A DNA stretch of 64,000 nt from Steroidobacter sp. (GTDB lineage: Bacteria; Pseudomonadota; Gammaproteobacteria; Steroidobacterales; Steroidobacteraceae): contig NZ_JAEUPY010000254.1 in NCBI RefSeq assembly GCF_016790065.1, positions 15,513 through 79,512 on the forward strand. Reading direction: 5' to 3'. The translations under genes and the position numbers were made by a program. Of this stretch, positions 13,258 through 22,382 are shown piece after piece. The notes below the pieces were generated by a model, which was not told the origin of the DNA, searched no databases, and saw only the letters and a program-made list of their open reading frames with translations. Each line of letters starts with the position of its first letter. The first letter of the stretch is position 1.

Positions 13258-13449
13258 TCAACGGGCTCCCGCGCGCGACAGGTGACGCGCTTCGTGCCGA
13301 TCCGTCAGCCAACCGCCTGACGGCTGCCAATCCGCCAGCTCGGCGCGACGGCGCTCACGAGCCTGCTCCAGCGACTGCATAGCCTCCGGCAGGGTCGTCT
13401 GCACGCGGGTCGACATATGGATCATGTTGTCGTCTTCGAAATCGAGCAT
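13258..13449 (-). CDS. Small hypothetical protein (63 aa)
   Basis: ATG at 13449 preceded by AGAGGAGAG RBS; fills the intergenic gap; no recognisable domain. Confidence 0.5.
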   Translation of the reverse strand: MLDFEDDNMIHMSTRVQTTLPEAMQSLEQARERRRAELADWQPSGGWLTDRHEARHLSRAGAR

Positions 13450-13659
13450 GCTTGCTCTCCTCTGCGTTCGCTGCAACCGTGACTGCAGATTACGCCGGCC
13501 GGCCACGGGCATCATCGGGGCAAATGGCATGTAATTGATTCCTCGCCGGCAACAATCCAGGCCAAACCCGGCGATTTACCGGTGAATGCGGTTGAGGCCG
13601 AACGTGACCGGCCGCACAATTAACGCCACCACAGGTCGCATTACGTCAGGAGTGCATTC

Positions 13660-14010
13660 GTGAATCAGAGCGTGTCCGAAGGTTCGGCGAATACCTCGAT
13701 GGCTAACGTCATCTACGTGCTCTATTTGCTGGCGCTGGTCTCGGGCATCACTGCCGTCATCGGCGTGATCGTGGCCTACGTGTACAAAGACGGTGCACCG
13801 GAATGGTTGCGCACCCATTACGAGCTGCAAATCCGCACCTTCTGGATGGGCCTGTTGATCGGTGTGATCGGCGGCATCCTGAGCATGGCGCTGATCGGAA
13901 TTCCCATCCTGCTGGCACTGGCGGTGTGGTGGATCATTCGCTGCGTGAAGGGCATCAAGCTGCTCGGCGAACGGGCCGCGTATCCCAACCATCGCGGTTG
14001 GGGAATCTAA
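13660..14010 (+). CDS. Small membrane protein (DUF4870-like)
   Basis: Three hydrophobic segments, WLRTHYELQIRTFW and RCVKG patterns, AGGAG RBS. Confidence 0.75.
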   Translation: MNQSVSEGSANTSMANVIYVLYLLALVSGITAVIGVIVAYVYKDGAPEWLRTHYELQIRTFWMGLLIGVIGGILSMALIGIPILLALAVWWIIRCVKGIKLLGERAAYPNHRGWGI

Positions 14011-14017
14011 CGGCCTG

Positions 14018-15400
14018 CTAGTACACGTCGCGGCGATAGCGCCCGGCGATGGCTAGATTTTCCACGGTGTCGGCGCCGAGCACTGCAGTGAGTGCGGCGT
14101 CGACAGCCGGAGCCATTCCCTGCAGGCTGCCGCAAACATAGATGGCGGCGCCGTCTGCGACCCAGCGTTGCAAGTCGGCGGCACAGTCTCGAACTTGGTG
14201 TTGAACGTAGCGCCGCTCGGATTGGTCGCGCGAGAACACCAGGTCGACGCGTTCGAGCTGGCCACTCTCGCGCCATCGGTCGATCTCATTTCCGTAGAAT
14301 CTATCGTGCGCGACATGGCGCTCGCCGAAGATCAGCCAATTGCGATGGTTGCCGGCAGCGATGCGCGTTTTCAGCAAAGCTCGCAAACCAGCAATGCCGG
14401 TGCCGTTACCGATCAGGATCAGCGGCGCTGTGCCCTTTGGCGCGTGAAAATTCGGATTCGCGCGCACGCGTAACGCGATGTCGTCACCGACCTTTGCGCC
14501 CGCCGTTAGCCAGCCGCTGCCCAAGCCTGGCTCACCGTCCGGGCGACGCATCTGTCGCGCTAACAAGTGAATCGCGCCGTCCCCAGGCAGCGAGGCAATG
14601 GAATATTCGCGATGGGGCAGGGTCTCTGGCTTGTCATCCCACGTTGAATTACGCGGATCGATTTCTGCGATGTCACCGGCCTGCCAGGTCGCATTCGCCT
14701 CAGCTTGCGGTTGCAGCTCGATGTGAAAACAAGCGTCGCCGGCGCTGCCGGGATTGATCAGCTGTCGCGCTGTCAAACGCCAACGTTCATATCTAGGCGC
14801 TTCCCAATCGGGCAGGTCAGGGCTGTTACTCAGTACGCTGAGTTGATGTTGCCAATGACGGAGCGCGCCTTCGTCGCCGTTATCGACTTCGACTACGTCG
14901 AACAACGCGGTGGCGCCTTGATGGCGCAGCCACTGATCGAGCCGATGGCCGAACGCGCAGTATTGATCGTACTCACGGTCGCCGAGTGCGAGTACGCCGT
15001 AACTCAAGTCCTTGAGCGAGACCGAGCTATCGAGCACGTCTCTCACGAACGCGGCGGCCGGATCTGGCGCGTCGCCTTCGCCTGTCGTGCTGAGGACGAA
15101 CAGGGCGCTCTTGGACTGCCGCAGGATCGCATCGTCGACTTCTTGCAGCGACGCCAATACAACCGGCGTGCCGGCGGCCTGCAGCGATTGCGCCGTTCGC
15201 GTCGCGAGCTCCGCAGCGAAACCGGTTTGGCTGGCGAAGGCGATCAGCGTGGTCGATGCGTTCTTATCGCTGCCGGGCTGGATCAGAGCAGCGCGTCGTC
15301 GTGGCCACAGAAAATATCCGCAGGTCGTTAGATACAGAATGACAACGACGCACGCCGAGTACAGGCGTGCGTCGCTGAGACCAGCGAGAATTCCGGACAT
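14018..15400 (-). CDS. Membrane-anchored diflavin oxidoreductase (flavodoxin + FAD/NADPH domains; CysJ-like)
   Basis: N-terminal TM helix, ASQTGFA and STTGEG FMN loops, REYSIAS, GNGTGIAG, YVCG, C-terminal YRRDVY. Confidence 0.88.
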   Translation of the reverse strand: MSGILAGLSDARLYSACVVVILYLTTCGYFLWPRRRAALIQPGSDKNASTTLIAFASQTGFAAELATRTAQSLQAAGTPVVLASLQEVDDAILRQSKSALFVLSTTGEGDAPDPAAAFVRDVLDSSVSLKDLSYGVLALGDREYDQYCAFGHRLDQWLRHQGATALFDVVEVDNGDEGALRHWQHQLSVLSNSPDLPDWEAPRYERWRLTARQLINPGSAGDACFHIELQPQAEANATWQAGDIAEIDPRNSTWDDKPETLPHREYSIASLPGDGAIHLLARQMRRPDGEPGLGSGWLTAGAKVGDDIALRVRANPNFHAPKGTAPLILIGNGTGIAGLRALLKTRIAAGNHRNWLIFGERHVAHDRFYGNEIDRWRESGQLERVDLVFSRDQSERRYVQHQVRDCAADLQRWVADGAAIYVCGSLQGMAPAVDAALTAVLGADTVENLAIAGRYRRDVY

Positions 15401-15408
15401 CCCCGCCG

Positions 15409-16215
15409 TTACTGCGGCAGGACTTCGAAGGTGGCGACGTAGCTCAGCCGACGCTGCTTGGCCTGCTTCACCGACGTCTTCTGATCTTCGGAGCCGGTTT
15501 CGAGCCAGTACATGCCGGGATGCGGCCAGTTGACGCTCAGCTCGCCTTTGGCGTCGGTCTTCAGCTTCTGTTCTTCCTGATCGTTGCGATAGCGTGTGCC
15601 GCCCGGCTGCACCACGACCTCGAGATTGGCGACGGGTTTGCCGTCGAGCAGGAAACGAAACTTTGAAGCTTCGCCCGCGTACAAGTCATTCGGATGTGTG
15701 ACCGGCACCAGTTCCAGGCCGATGTTGGTGGGCTTCAATGCAGCTTCGGTCGGCTTGCCTGCGGTCACGAATGTTTCGATACGACCGACCGACTCGTTCA
15801 CTTCCAGGTTCTTGGCGTTGGCCGGCACTTCGGTCGCGAACTTTGCCGGCGTACCACGCCAGCGCTTGCGTGCGCCGTTGTCGTCATAGGTCGCAGTCAA
15901 GCCGTTGTTCACTAGCGCCAGCTTGTACGTGCCGGCCTGTTTCAGCTGCAGGTCGAAGACGCTGCGATATTTACCCGTGTGCGGATTTTCCGCCGCGACT
16001 TTCGAGCCATTGGGCGCGGTGATGGCCAGCGATTCCAGGCCCAGCGGCACATGGTTGAAATAAAACAAATCGTTCGAGACTGCCGCGTCCACCGTGATCC
16101 ATTGATCGACGGTCGACACCGTGCTCGAGGGCAGCAGCCAAAACTTGTGCGCATGACTGGCAACAGGCAGCAACAGGGCAGCCGAAACAGCGATGGCGCG
16201 CAGTGCGTTTTTCAT
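15409..16215 (-). CDS. DUF4198-family periplasmic protein
   Basis: Signal peptide ending [27 protein letters not shown]. Confidence 0.82.
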   Translation of the reverse strand: MKNALRAIAVSAALLLPVASHAHKFWLLPSSTVSTVDQWITVDAAVSNDLFYFNHVPLGLESLAITAPNGSKVAAENPHTGKYRSVFDLQLKQAGTYKLALVNNGLTATYDDNGARKRWRGTPAKFATEVPANAKNLEVNESVGRIETFVTAGKPTEAALKPTNIGLELVPVTHPNDLYAGEASKFRFLLDGKPVANLEVVVQPGGTRYRNDQEEQKLKTDAKGELSVNWPHPGMYWLETGSEDQKTSVKQAKQRRLSYVATFEVLPQ

Positions 16216-16233
16216 GAGGTTCCTCGCGGAAGG

Positions 16234-16755
16234 TTAGGGAGTGACGTTGACTGCGACGGCGCCGAGCTCGGACTTGCCCTTGGCGGTCGCTTGTTGTTTC
16301 TGAGTGCCGGGCCATTCGAAGGGCAAACGCAGCAGCTCACGGCCGCCGACTTCGCGGGCCGCTTCGACCACTACGTTGTATTTGCCAGGCGCGAGTTGCG
16401 CGAGCTGTTTGTCGCTGCTCTTGAAGTTCAACACGTGCTCGCCGGCGGGGCGCGTCGCACCGGTGACGCCGTCGACCGGTGTTTGTAACTCGCGGCCACC
16501 ACGGCGCCACCACTGACGCAGATCTTTGAGCCACTGCGTGCCGTCTTCTTTTTTGGTATCGGTTTGATACCAAACGGCCAGTTGCGCTGCCGTGCTTTGA
16601 TCCTGGTTCTCCACCCAGACCGCGAGGTAGGGGCGGTGATATTCGGCGACGTCCAACCGCGGAATTTCTACCTTGATGCTCAGCTCAGCGCCGAAGGCAG
16701 CGGCGCTCGATCCGAGCAACAGCGCGGCGCCCGCCAGCTTTGTGAGTACTCTCAT
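16234..16755 (-). CDS. DUF2271-family periplasmic protein, predicted flavinylation substrate
   Basis: Signal peptide, [26 protein letters not shown] motif, [10 protein letters not shown]. Confidence 0.85.
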   Translation of the reverse strand: MRVLTKLAGAALLLGSSAAAFGAELSIKVEIPRLDVAEYHRPYLAVWVENQDQSTAAQLAVWYQTDTKKEDGTQWLKDLRQWWRRGGRELQTPVDGVTGATRPAGEHVLNFKSSDKQLAQLAPGKYNVVVEAAREVGGRELLRLPFEWPGTQKQQATAKGKSELGAVAVNVTP

Positions 16756-16763
16756 GCTCAACC

Positions 16764-17390
16764 TCAGTGAATAAACAAAATCGCTAGCAACAACGGCAGC
16801 GCCAGTCCCAAGCCCACCATTGGCCAGGTGCCGGGACGATTGCTCGCATGCATCTTCAACAACAGCAGCCCGGTCACCGCGAACACCAACGCAGCGAACG
16901 CGAACACGTCGATGAACAAGCTCCAGGCCGCGCCGGTGTTACGTCCTTTGTGCAGATCGTTCAGGAACGACAGCCAACCGCGATCCGTCAGTTCGTGTGT
17001 GACCGCGCCGTCTTCGAGACTCACAGTCAGCCAAGCGTCGCCGCCGGGTCGTGGCAACGAGACGTAAACTTCATCGTCGGACCATTCTATCTGGCGATCA
17101 GCAACGCGTACCGACAGCGCGCTTCCGAGCCAATCGACCACCGGCGCTGGCAATACCGCCTTCTCGTCGTTGTCCGCTTGCCAGGTCTGGCGAAGTTGCG
17201 CGAGCAACGGCTCAGGCAACGCAGCCGTCTGGGTCGTGACCTCGGGCTTCGCGCTGATCCACGAGGCATGGTTGAGGGTGAAGCCGGTAACGCTGAACAA
17301 AAGCATGCTCACCAGGCATGCCGCGGCACTGACCCAGTGCCACTGATGCAGGTGTTTCAACCAGAACGACCGGGATTTCTGTGACATCAT
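16764..17390 (-). CDS. PepSY-associated TM helix protein (iron-regulated membrane protein)
   Basis: [22 protein letters not shown] histidines in TM context. Confidence 0.85.
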   Translation of the reverse strand: MMSQKSRSFWLKHLHQWHWVSAAACLVSMLLFSVTGFTLNHASWISAKPEVTTQTAALPEPLLAQLRQTWQADNDEKAVLPAPVVDWLGSALSVRVADRQIEWSDDEVYVSLPRPGGDAWLTVSLEDGAVTHELTDRGWLSFLNDLHKGRNTGAAWSLFIDVFAFAALVFAVTGLLLLKMHASNRPGTWPMVGLGLALPLLLAILFIH

Positions 17391-17391
17391 A

Positions 17392-17406
17392 TGAGAATAA
17401 TTCTCA
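17392..17406. promoter_or_regulatory. Fur box (7-1-7) for the PepSY-DUF2271-DUF4198-reductase operon
   Basis: Perfect palindrome TGAGAAT-A-ATTCTCA matching the Fur 7-1-7 pattern TGATAAT-N-ATTATCA, 1 nt from the ATG at 17390. Confidence 0.8.
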
Positions 17407-17535
17407 ACTGCAAACTTGTCACGGGAAAAAATTCGAAATTTCCCCAGTCCATCAAGTAATGTGTCCGACCGCTACACCGCTATGCAGGCGTTGCGCGTAT
17501 ATTTGCCCCCCTTTGGGGCAAGTGAGGAAAGCTTC

Positions 17536-18921
17536 TTGAGCGCAGCCGCAGTCAGTGTCTTCGACATGTTCAAAATCGGCATCGGGCCGTCGAGCTCCCA
17601 CACCATGGGGCCGATGACCGCAGCCAGCCGATTTGCGAAGTCGCTGGAGGATCAAGGACTGTTGGCGAAAGTCGCGCAGGTCACCGTGAGTCTGTATGGC
17701 TCGCTGGCGTTGACCGGCAAGGGCCACGCCACCGATACCGCCGTGACCACCGGCCTCGCGGGCTGGTTGCCGGCGCAAGTGGATCCGGATGCGGCCGCCA
17801 AGCTCATCGAAGAAGTGCGCCAGCACGGCAAGATCAAGCTCGCCGGCAGTCACGAAATCGATTTCCGTATCGAGCGTGACATTCACTGGAAATACAAAGA
17901 GAGCCTGCCTTATCACCCCAATGCGCTGACGTTGTTCGCGCGCGCTGCGGGTGGTGAGTTGCTGAGTGAGGCGACTTTCTATTCCGTCGGCGGTGGCTTC
18001 GTCGTCAGCGACGCAGAAGCCAAAGCTCCTGCGACTGCCACTACTGCGACCACGATTCCGCTGCCGTTTTCCAACGCCGCGGAGCTGTTGGTAGTCGCTG
18101 ACAGCAACGGTCTGACGATTGCCGAAGTGATGATGCGCAATGAGTGCGCGACGCGCGCTCGTGAAGAAGTGCTCGCCGGCCTCGATCGCATCAGCGAGGC
18201 GATGAATGCTTGCATCGACCGCGGTCTGCGTCAGGACGGCATATTGCCCGGCGGATTGAACGTGAAGCGTCGCGCCGCCAAGTTGCGCGCCATGCTGGAA
18301 AAACGCGAAGAGAACAAGACTGCCGACGGCCTGATCGCCATGGACTGGATGAATGCCTGGGCGCTGGCGGTCAATGAAGAGAACGCTGCGGGTGGCAAGG
18401 TAGTCACTGCGCCGACCAACGGCGCGGCTGGCGTCGTGCCAGCTGTACTGCGTTACTACGATCGTTTCTGTAATGGCACGCGCGAAGGTCGCCACACTTT
18501 CTTGCTGACTGCCGCGGCTATCGGGTCGCTGTACAAACTCAACGCGAGCATCTCGGCCGCGGAAGTAGGCTGTCAGGGCGAAATCGGCGTGGCTTGTTCC
18601 ATCGCCGCTGCTGGTTTGGCTGCCGCGCAAGGCGCGACCAATGAGCAGGTCGAGAATGCCGCCGAGATCGGCATGGAACACAATCTCGGTCTGACCTGCG
18701 ATCCCATCGGCGGGCTGGTGCAGATTCCCTGCATCGAACGCAACGCCACCGGCGCGGTGAAGGCGGTGGATGCGTCACGGCTGGCGATGATGGGCGACGG
18801 GTCACATCATGTGACCTTGGATCGCGTCATCGAGACCATGCGTCGCACCGGTGCCGATATGCAGGACTCGTACAAAGAGACCTCACTCGGCGGCCTCGCG
18901 GTCAATTTGCCGGAGTGCTAG
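17536..18921 (+). CDS. sdaA: L-serine ammonia-lyase, Fe-S dependent
   Basis: [52 protein letters not shown]; TTG start after GAGGAAA. Confidence 0.95.
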   Translation: MSAAAVSVFDMFKIGIGPSSSHTMGPMTAASRFAKSLEDQGLLAKVAQVTVSLYGSLALTGKGHATDTAVTTGLAGWLPAQVDPDAAAKLIEEVRQHGKIKLAGSHEIDFRIERDIHWKYKESLPYHPNALTLFARAAGGELLSEATFYSVGGGFVVSDAEAKAPATATTATTIPLPFSNAAELLVVADSNGLTIAEVMMRNECATRAREEVLAGLDRISEAMNACIDRGLRQDGILPGGLNVKRRAAKLRAMLEKREENKTADGLIAMDWMNAWALAVNEENAAGGKVVTAPTNGAAGVVPAVLRYYDRFCNGTREGRHTFLLTAAAIGSLYKLNASISAAEVGCQGEIGVACSIAAAGLAAAQGATNEQVENAAEIGMEHNLGLTCDPIGGLVQIPCIERNATGAVKAVDASRLAMMGDGSHHVTLDRVIETMRRTGADMQDSYKETSLGGLAVNLPEC

Positions 18922-19033
18922 CCCGGAACTAAGCAGCTGCGCTGACTCCTGACCTAACGCAGACAGCTCGCATACACTGACGGGACCGCCAGGACCACGT
19001 TGGATCCGAGCTGAATGCGTTCAGGAGTTGGTC

Positions 19034-20173
19034 ATGCTCAGAGCAGGTTGGGTGGCTGTCGTCGCGGCAGCTTGGGTCGTTGGCGCCGCGAGCGCTGACG
19101 AGTCCGCCGGCAAACAACAACAAACCGCTGCGCCGGCGCGTTACACATTCTCATGGCCGCTGGAAGCGGGCACACCTGCCCCGCGTGGCGGCACTACGAA
19201 AGGCGCGCCAGTTACGCTCGATCTCGAGCCTTCCCAAGCTTGGAAGGAGTTGCGGGCCGACGGCTTGTCACCGCAAGAGCGAGACCGTCGCGCGATTCTC
19301 GCGATGGCTGGCACCTATCGCGTTACGTTCGACTTTCTGGAAGTCGTGCCGTTCACTCCGCTGGAAAAACCCACCTCGCCGTATCAATCCTGGGGCACGG
19401 AAAAAGTATACGTCGACAGCGACGACGGTAAGAACATCAGCCTGGTGCACATTCTGGAGATGCGCATCGTGCAGAAGGACGGTGCCATCAGCGAGCCCAT
19501 GGTTACCAAACATTGGCGTCAGGATTGGCAGTATCAACCCACGCACGTGGTCGAGTATCGCGGGCGCGATCGTTGGCAGCGTCGCAAGTTGAGCGCGGCG
19601 GAATCCAAGGGCGCTTGGGTGCAGTCGGTTTATCAAGTCGATGAATCGCCACGCTACGCCAGCGTCGGGCGTTGGGAACATTCGGCGAGTTTCTCCTCGT
19701 GGTTGAGCGCTGAAACCTGGCGGCCTTTGCCGAGACGCGAATGGAGTGTGCGCGACGACTATCAAGTGCTAGTCGGCAACAATCGTCACACCATTGCGCC
19801 GACCGGTTGGATTCAAGAAGAAAACAATTTGAAGACGGTGCTCACGGCCACGCGTGAGGTCGACTCATCGCATCCATACATCGCACGCGAATACGGTGTC
19901 GCGCGTTACGAAAGAATTCGCGACGCGGATTTCGCGCAGGCCGATAGTTATTTCGACAAGACTCAACAATTCTGGGATCAGGTGCGCGATGAATGGTCGC
20001 AGATCTTTCTGCAGCAAGGTGAGGTCACGCTGAAAGGTCCGGTCGACAAGCTGGGTCTGTTTCACCCCTTATTCGAACAAGCAGAGACGATAGTAGAGCA
20101 GGGTGCTGCGGCCAGCGCGCAGAGCGCCACCGTCATTCGTAATGCTTTGAAAGATATGGGCGCCTTGCCCTAG
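19034..20173 (+). CDS. Exported DUF6607-like protein
   Basis: Signal peptide; DRRAILAMAGTYRVTFDF, KHWRQDW, QVDESPRY, RPLPRRE patterns recalled for this family. Confidence 0.65.
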   Translation: MLRAGWVAVVAAAWVVGAASADESAGKQQQTAAPARYTFSWPLEAGTPAPRGGTTKGAPVTLDLEPSQAWKELRADGLSPQERDRRAILAMAGTYRVTFDFLEVVPFTPLEKPTSPYQSWGTEKVYVDSDDGKNISLVHILEMRIVQKDGAISEPMVTKHWRQDWQYQPTHVVEYRGRDRWQRRKLSAAESKGAWVQSVYQVDESPRYASVGRWEHSASFSSWLSAETWRPLPRREWSVRDDYQVLVGNNRHTIAPTGWIQEENNLKTVLTATREVDSSHPYIAREYGVARYERIRDADFAQADSYFDKTQQFWDQVRDEWSQIFLQQGEVTLKGPVDKLGLFHPLFEQAETIVEQGAAASAQSATVIRNALKDMGALP

Positions 20174-20243
20174 CCCCGACCCGAAAAGGAATCGGCAAAA
20201 ACAAAATAATCGGTTTCGGCTGTGCCAGGGCTTGCATTGTTAT

Positions 20244-20258
20244 TGAGAAGCATTATCA
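20244..20258. promoter_or_regulatory. Fur box upstream of hemP
   Basis: TGAGAAG-C-ATTATCA (13/15 match to the 7-1-7 consensus), just downstream of a TTGCAT -35-like hexamer. Confidence 0.8.
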
Positions 20259-20267
20259 TTTGCACCC

Positions 20268-20468
20268 ATGCTGCAACAACAACCGAAAACCCCTCTCCGC
20301 TCTGCGGAGGTTCGATCGCCGGCCACCGAAGTCATTCGTGGGCCGGCGATTCCTTTACTGCGCTCCGAAGAGCTGTTCGGCAAGGCGCGGGAAATTCTGA
20401 TCGAGCACAGCGGCGGTTATTACCGCTTGCGTGTGACTCACAGTAACAAGCTGATTCTGACGAAATGA
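20268..20468 (+). CDS. hemP: Hemin uptake protein HemP
   Basis: SEELFG...EILIEHSGGYYRLRVTHSNKLILTK; the C-terminal KLILTK is the family signature. Confidence 0.9.
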   Translation: MLQQQPKTPLRSAEVRSPATEVIRGPAIPLLRSEELFGKAREILIEHSGGYYRLRVTHSNKLILTK

Positions 20469-20552
20469 TTGGTTTTGCGGGATAGCTCGCCTCAAGCAGC
20501 CGTCCCTGGATCCTCAGCCAGCCAGTACATCCGTGTACCGTCGTTCGCGCGG

Positions 20553-20579
20553 TTCGAGGCGACGTTAAGTCGCCTCGAA
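20553..20579. repeat. Perfect 11-bp inverted repeat
   Basis: TTCGAGGCGAC-GTTAA-GTCGCCTCGAA; no U-tract follows the stem on either strand. Confidence 0.7.
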
Positions 20580-20671
20580 AAGACATCCGCGCTCACCCCC
20601 GATCGGCGGCGCAGCTAGCTACTTCTCACACGCCGCCGAACAACAAATATCGGCGTATTGCTGAGGTAGCC

Positions 20672-20866
20672 GTGTCTACGAATGTTTCGTTGCTGAGTTT
20701 TGCGATTGCCACTTGGTTGCTGGCGGCCGTGTTGGCTTACTCAGCTTCGCCGCGGCAACGTTGGTTGCGCGTGCCGCTGCCTGCTTTTCCCACTCGTGTC
20801 AGTGCCGTGCTTGCCGCCATCGTCGGATTGCGGGCTTGGGCCGAGGCGCTGCGTTTCCTGTCTTGA
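20672..20866 (+). CDS. Small hydrophobic protein, possibly a truncated iron-uptake-associated membrane protein
   Basis: GAGGT RBS, GTG start, two hydrophobic stretches around YSASPRQRWLRVPLP. Confidence 0.45.
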   Translation: MSTNVSLLSFAIATWLLAAVLAYSASPRQRWLRVPLPAFPTRVSAVLAAIVGLRAWAEALRFLS

Positions 20867-20886
20867 GGTTTTGGGAGACTGAAGCG

Positions 20887-21189
20887 ATGAATGCAGTCGT
20901 ATCGCACCGCTGTTTGACCCGCGTGATGACCGATGACGATCGCGGTGTGGAAGTGGCGCAGTTGCAATCCGTGATGCATCGGATTCAAAGCTCGTTGCGC
21001 GACGTCCCGATGGCGCAGCGTGAATACATTGCCAACGCGTTGCTGAATCTGGCGGTGTCGCGCATGGTGAAGCAGGAGGGCAGGTCGCTGACCGCCAGCA
21101 TCCTGATGCGCTTGGGCGACGTGGTCGCCAATAGCGACTCGCCGCCGGCTCCCGAAAGAGCCGTCGACTTGAGTCGTATCGACAGTTGA
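20887..21189 (+). CDS. Hypothetical protein (~100 aa)
   Basis: GGGAGA RBS before ATG 20887; amphipathic helical sequence; ends convergently 4 nt from flgN. Confidence 0.6.
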   Translation: MNAVVSHRCLTRVMTDDDRGVEVAQLQSVMHRIQSSLRDVPMAQREYIANALLNLAVSRMVKQEGRSLTASILMRLGDVVANSDSPPAPERAVDLSRIDS

Positions 21190-21193
21190 TCGT

Positions 21194-21679
21194 TTAGATG
21201 GACACCAGGACCCGGCCGGTGCGCGCCTGGTTCTGATAGCCGCCCTGCTTGCCGTAAACCTTCGGTTGATCGGCGCGGCCGGTGACTACGTCCAACATGC
21301 CTTGCACGCGATGCAGCCGGGCAGTGACTAGAGCGCCATTACGGTCGTTGGCCGTGCGGCAGCGATTGGCGCGTTCGCCGACTTCGTTCCAGCGACGACG
21401 CAATTGTTTGTTGGGGTCGCACCAGGCAAGGATGCGATCCAGACCGTGCATGTCGGCCGGCACGTTCAACGCGCGGCACAGTGCCTTACGGTCGTCTTCG
21501 ATGCGCAACAACGTGCCGATGCAGGTCTGGCGCGCATTACCGGCGCGATCCAGTGCTTCGACGTCGTTGGCCACTAAAAACTCATGCTCGCGATCCAGCA
21601 GCTGGTGCAGCTGGTCGAGCGTGCTCGATTCTTCGTTAATCAGTTTGTCGAGAGTATCGCGACAGATGACCGGATCCAC
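21194..21679 (-). CDS. flgN: Flagellar export chaperone FlgN
   Basis: Helical protein with CRTANDRNG and C-terminal YGKQG, directly downstream of flgM. Confidence 0.85.
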   Translation of the reverse strand: MDPVICRDTLDKLINEESSTLDQLHQLLDREHEFLVANDVEALDRAGNARQTCIGTLLRIEDDRKALCRALNVPADMHGLDRILAWCDPNKQLRRRWNEVGERANRCRTANDRNGALVTARLHRVQGMLDVVTGRADQPKVYGKQGGYQNQARTGRVLVSI

Positions 21680-21737
21680 GAAACCTCACTCCTTCACTTG
21701 AAGTCGACTCGGCCCTCGGCCGCGAACGACCGAAGGA

Positions 21738-22049
21738 TTACTGCGCAGCTCCGATTTCCCGATCCATGCGGAGCAACTTGTCGGCGATGCGCTCCGGCAC
21801 CACCTGGTAACTACCGTTCTCGATGGCCTGGCGGATGCGGGCGACTTTCGCCTCATCCACCACCGGCAAGCTGTTCACCGTCTGTTCCAGACTGGCCAGC
21901 GTGCGGGCCTGGTCGGTGATGCGCACCGGACTGGCCGTCTTGCCCGCTGCTTCGGCAGCGCTCGCGGCACCATCCTTCGCACGCGACACCGATTTATCGG
22001 TGCTCACCTGCACAGGGGGGTTCTGGTAGCCAGTGATTTTGGTAGTCAC
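21738..22049 (-). CDS. flgM: Anti-sigma28 factor FlgM
   Basis: VRITDQA, VDEAKVARIRQAIENGSYQV...IADKLL; GTG start at 22049 after GGAG. Confidence 0.92.
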   Translation of the reverse strand: MTTKITGYQNPPVQVSTDKSVSRAKDGAASAAEAAGKTASPVRITDQARTLASLEQTVNSLPVVDEAKVARIRQAIENGSYQVVPERIADKLLRMDREIGAAQ

Positions 22050-22101
22050 GTCCCGTTCTCCGGTTGCGGCGACGACAACAACGTCGCACCGCTCGAAGAG
22101 G

Positions 22102-22128
22102 GTAACGGCTGCGATTCTGAGAACTTTA
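22102..22128 (-). promoter_or_regulatory. sigma28 (FliA) promoter of flgMN
   Basis: Minus strand TAAA-N15-GCCGTTAC. Confidence 0.85.
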
Positions 22129-22382
22129 GCAACCTCATCGGCCACGGCCTCAGAGGTACCTTAGGGGAATCTCGCAGGCCGTCTAAAACCGGCGTGACAA
22201 TAGGTCAAATCAAACTGACTTCCTTCACTCCCGCACAACGCGCCCAGCGACGTAAATCTCGTAATCGCGAGGACTTTCTGCGACTTGCGCCACACTCGGT
22301 CGGCGCTCGGCCGAATTGGCGCTGTTTACCGACGCAGGGAAAACCCCAGTGTCAGAAAATCGCCGCGATTTGGCCGCCGCTC

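Noticed and set aside
14018-15400. True sulfite reductase subunit cysJ
   Set aside because: There is no cysI/cysH nearby; it has an N-terminal TM anchor, a shortened FAD region and an iron-operon context.
22128-22144. Possible sigma54 promoter for flgM (minus strand TGGCCGATGAGGTTGCT)
   Set aside because: GG-to-GC spacing is 11 nt rather than the strict 10.
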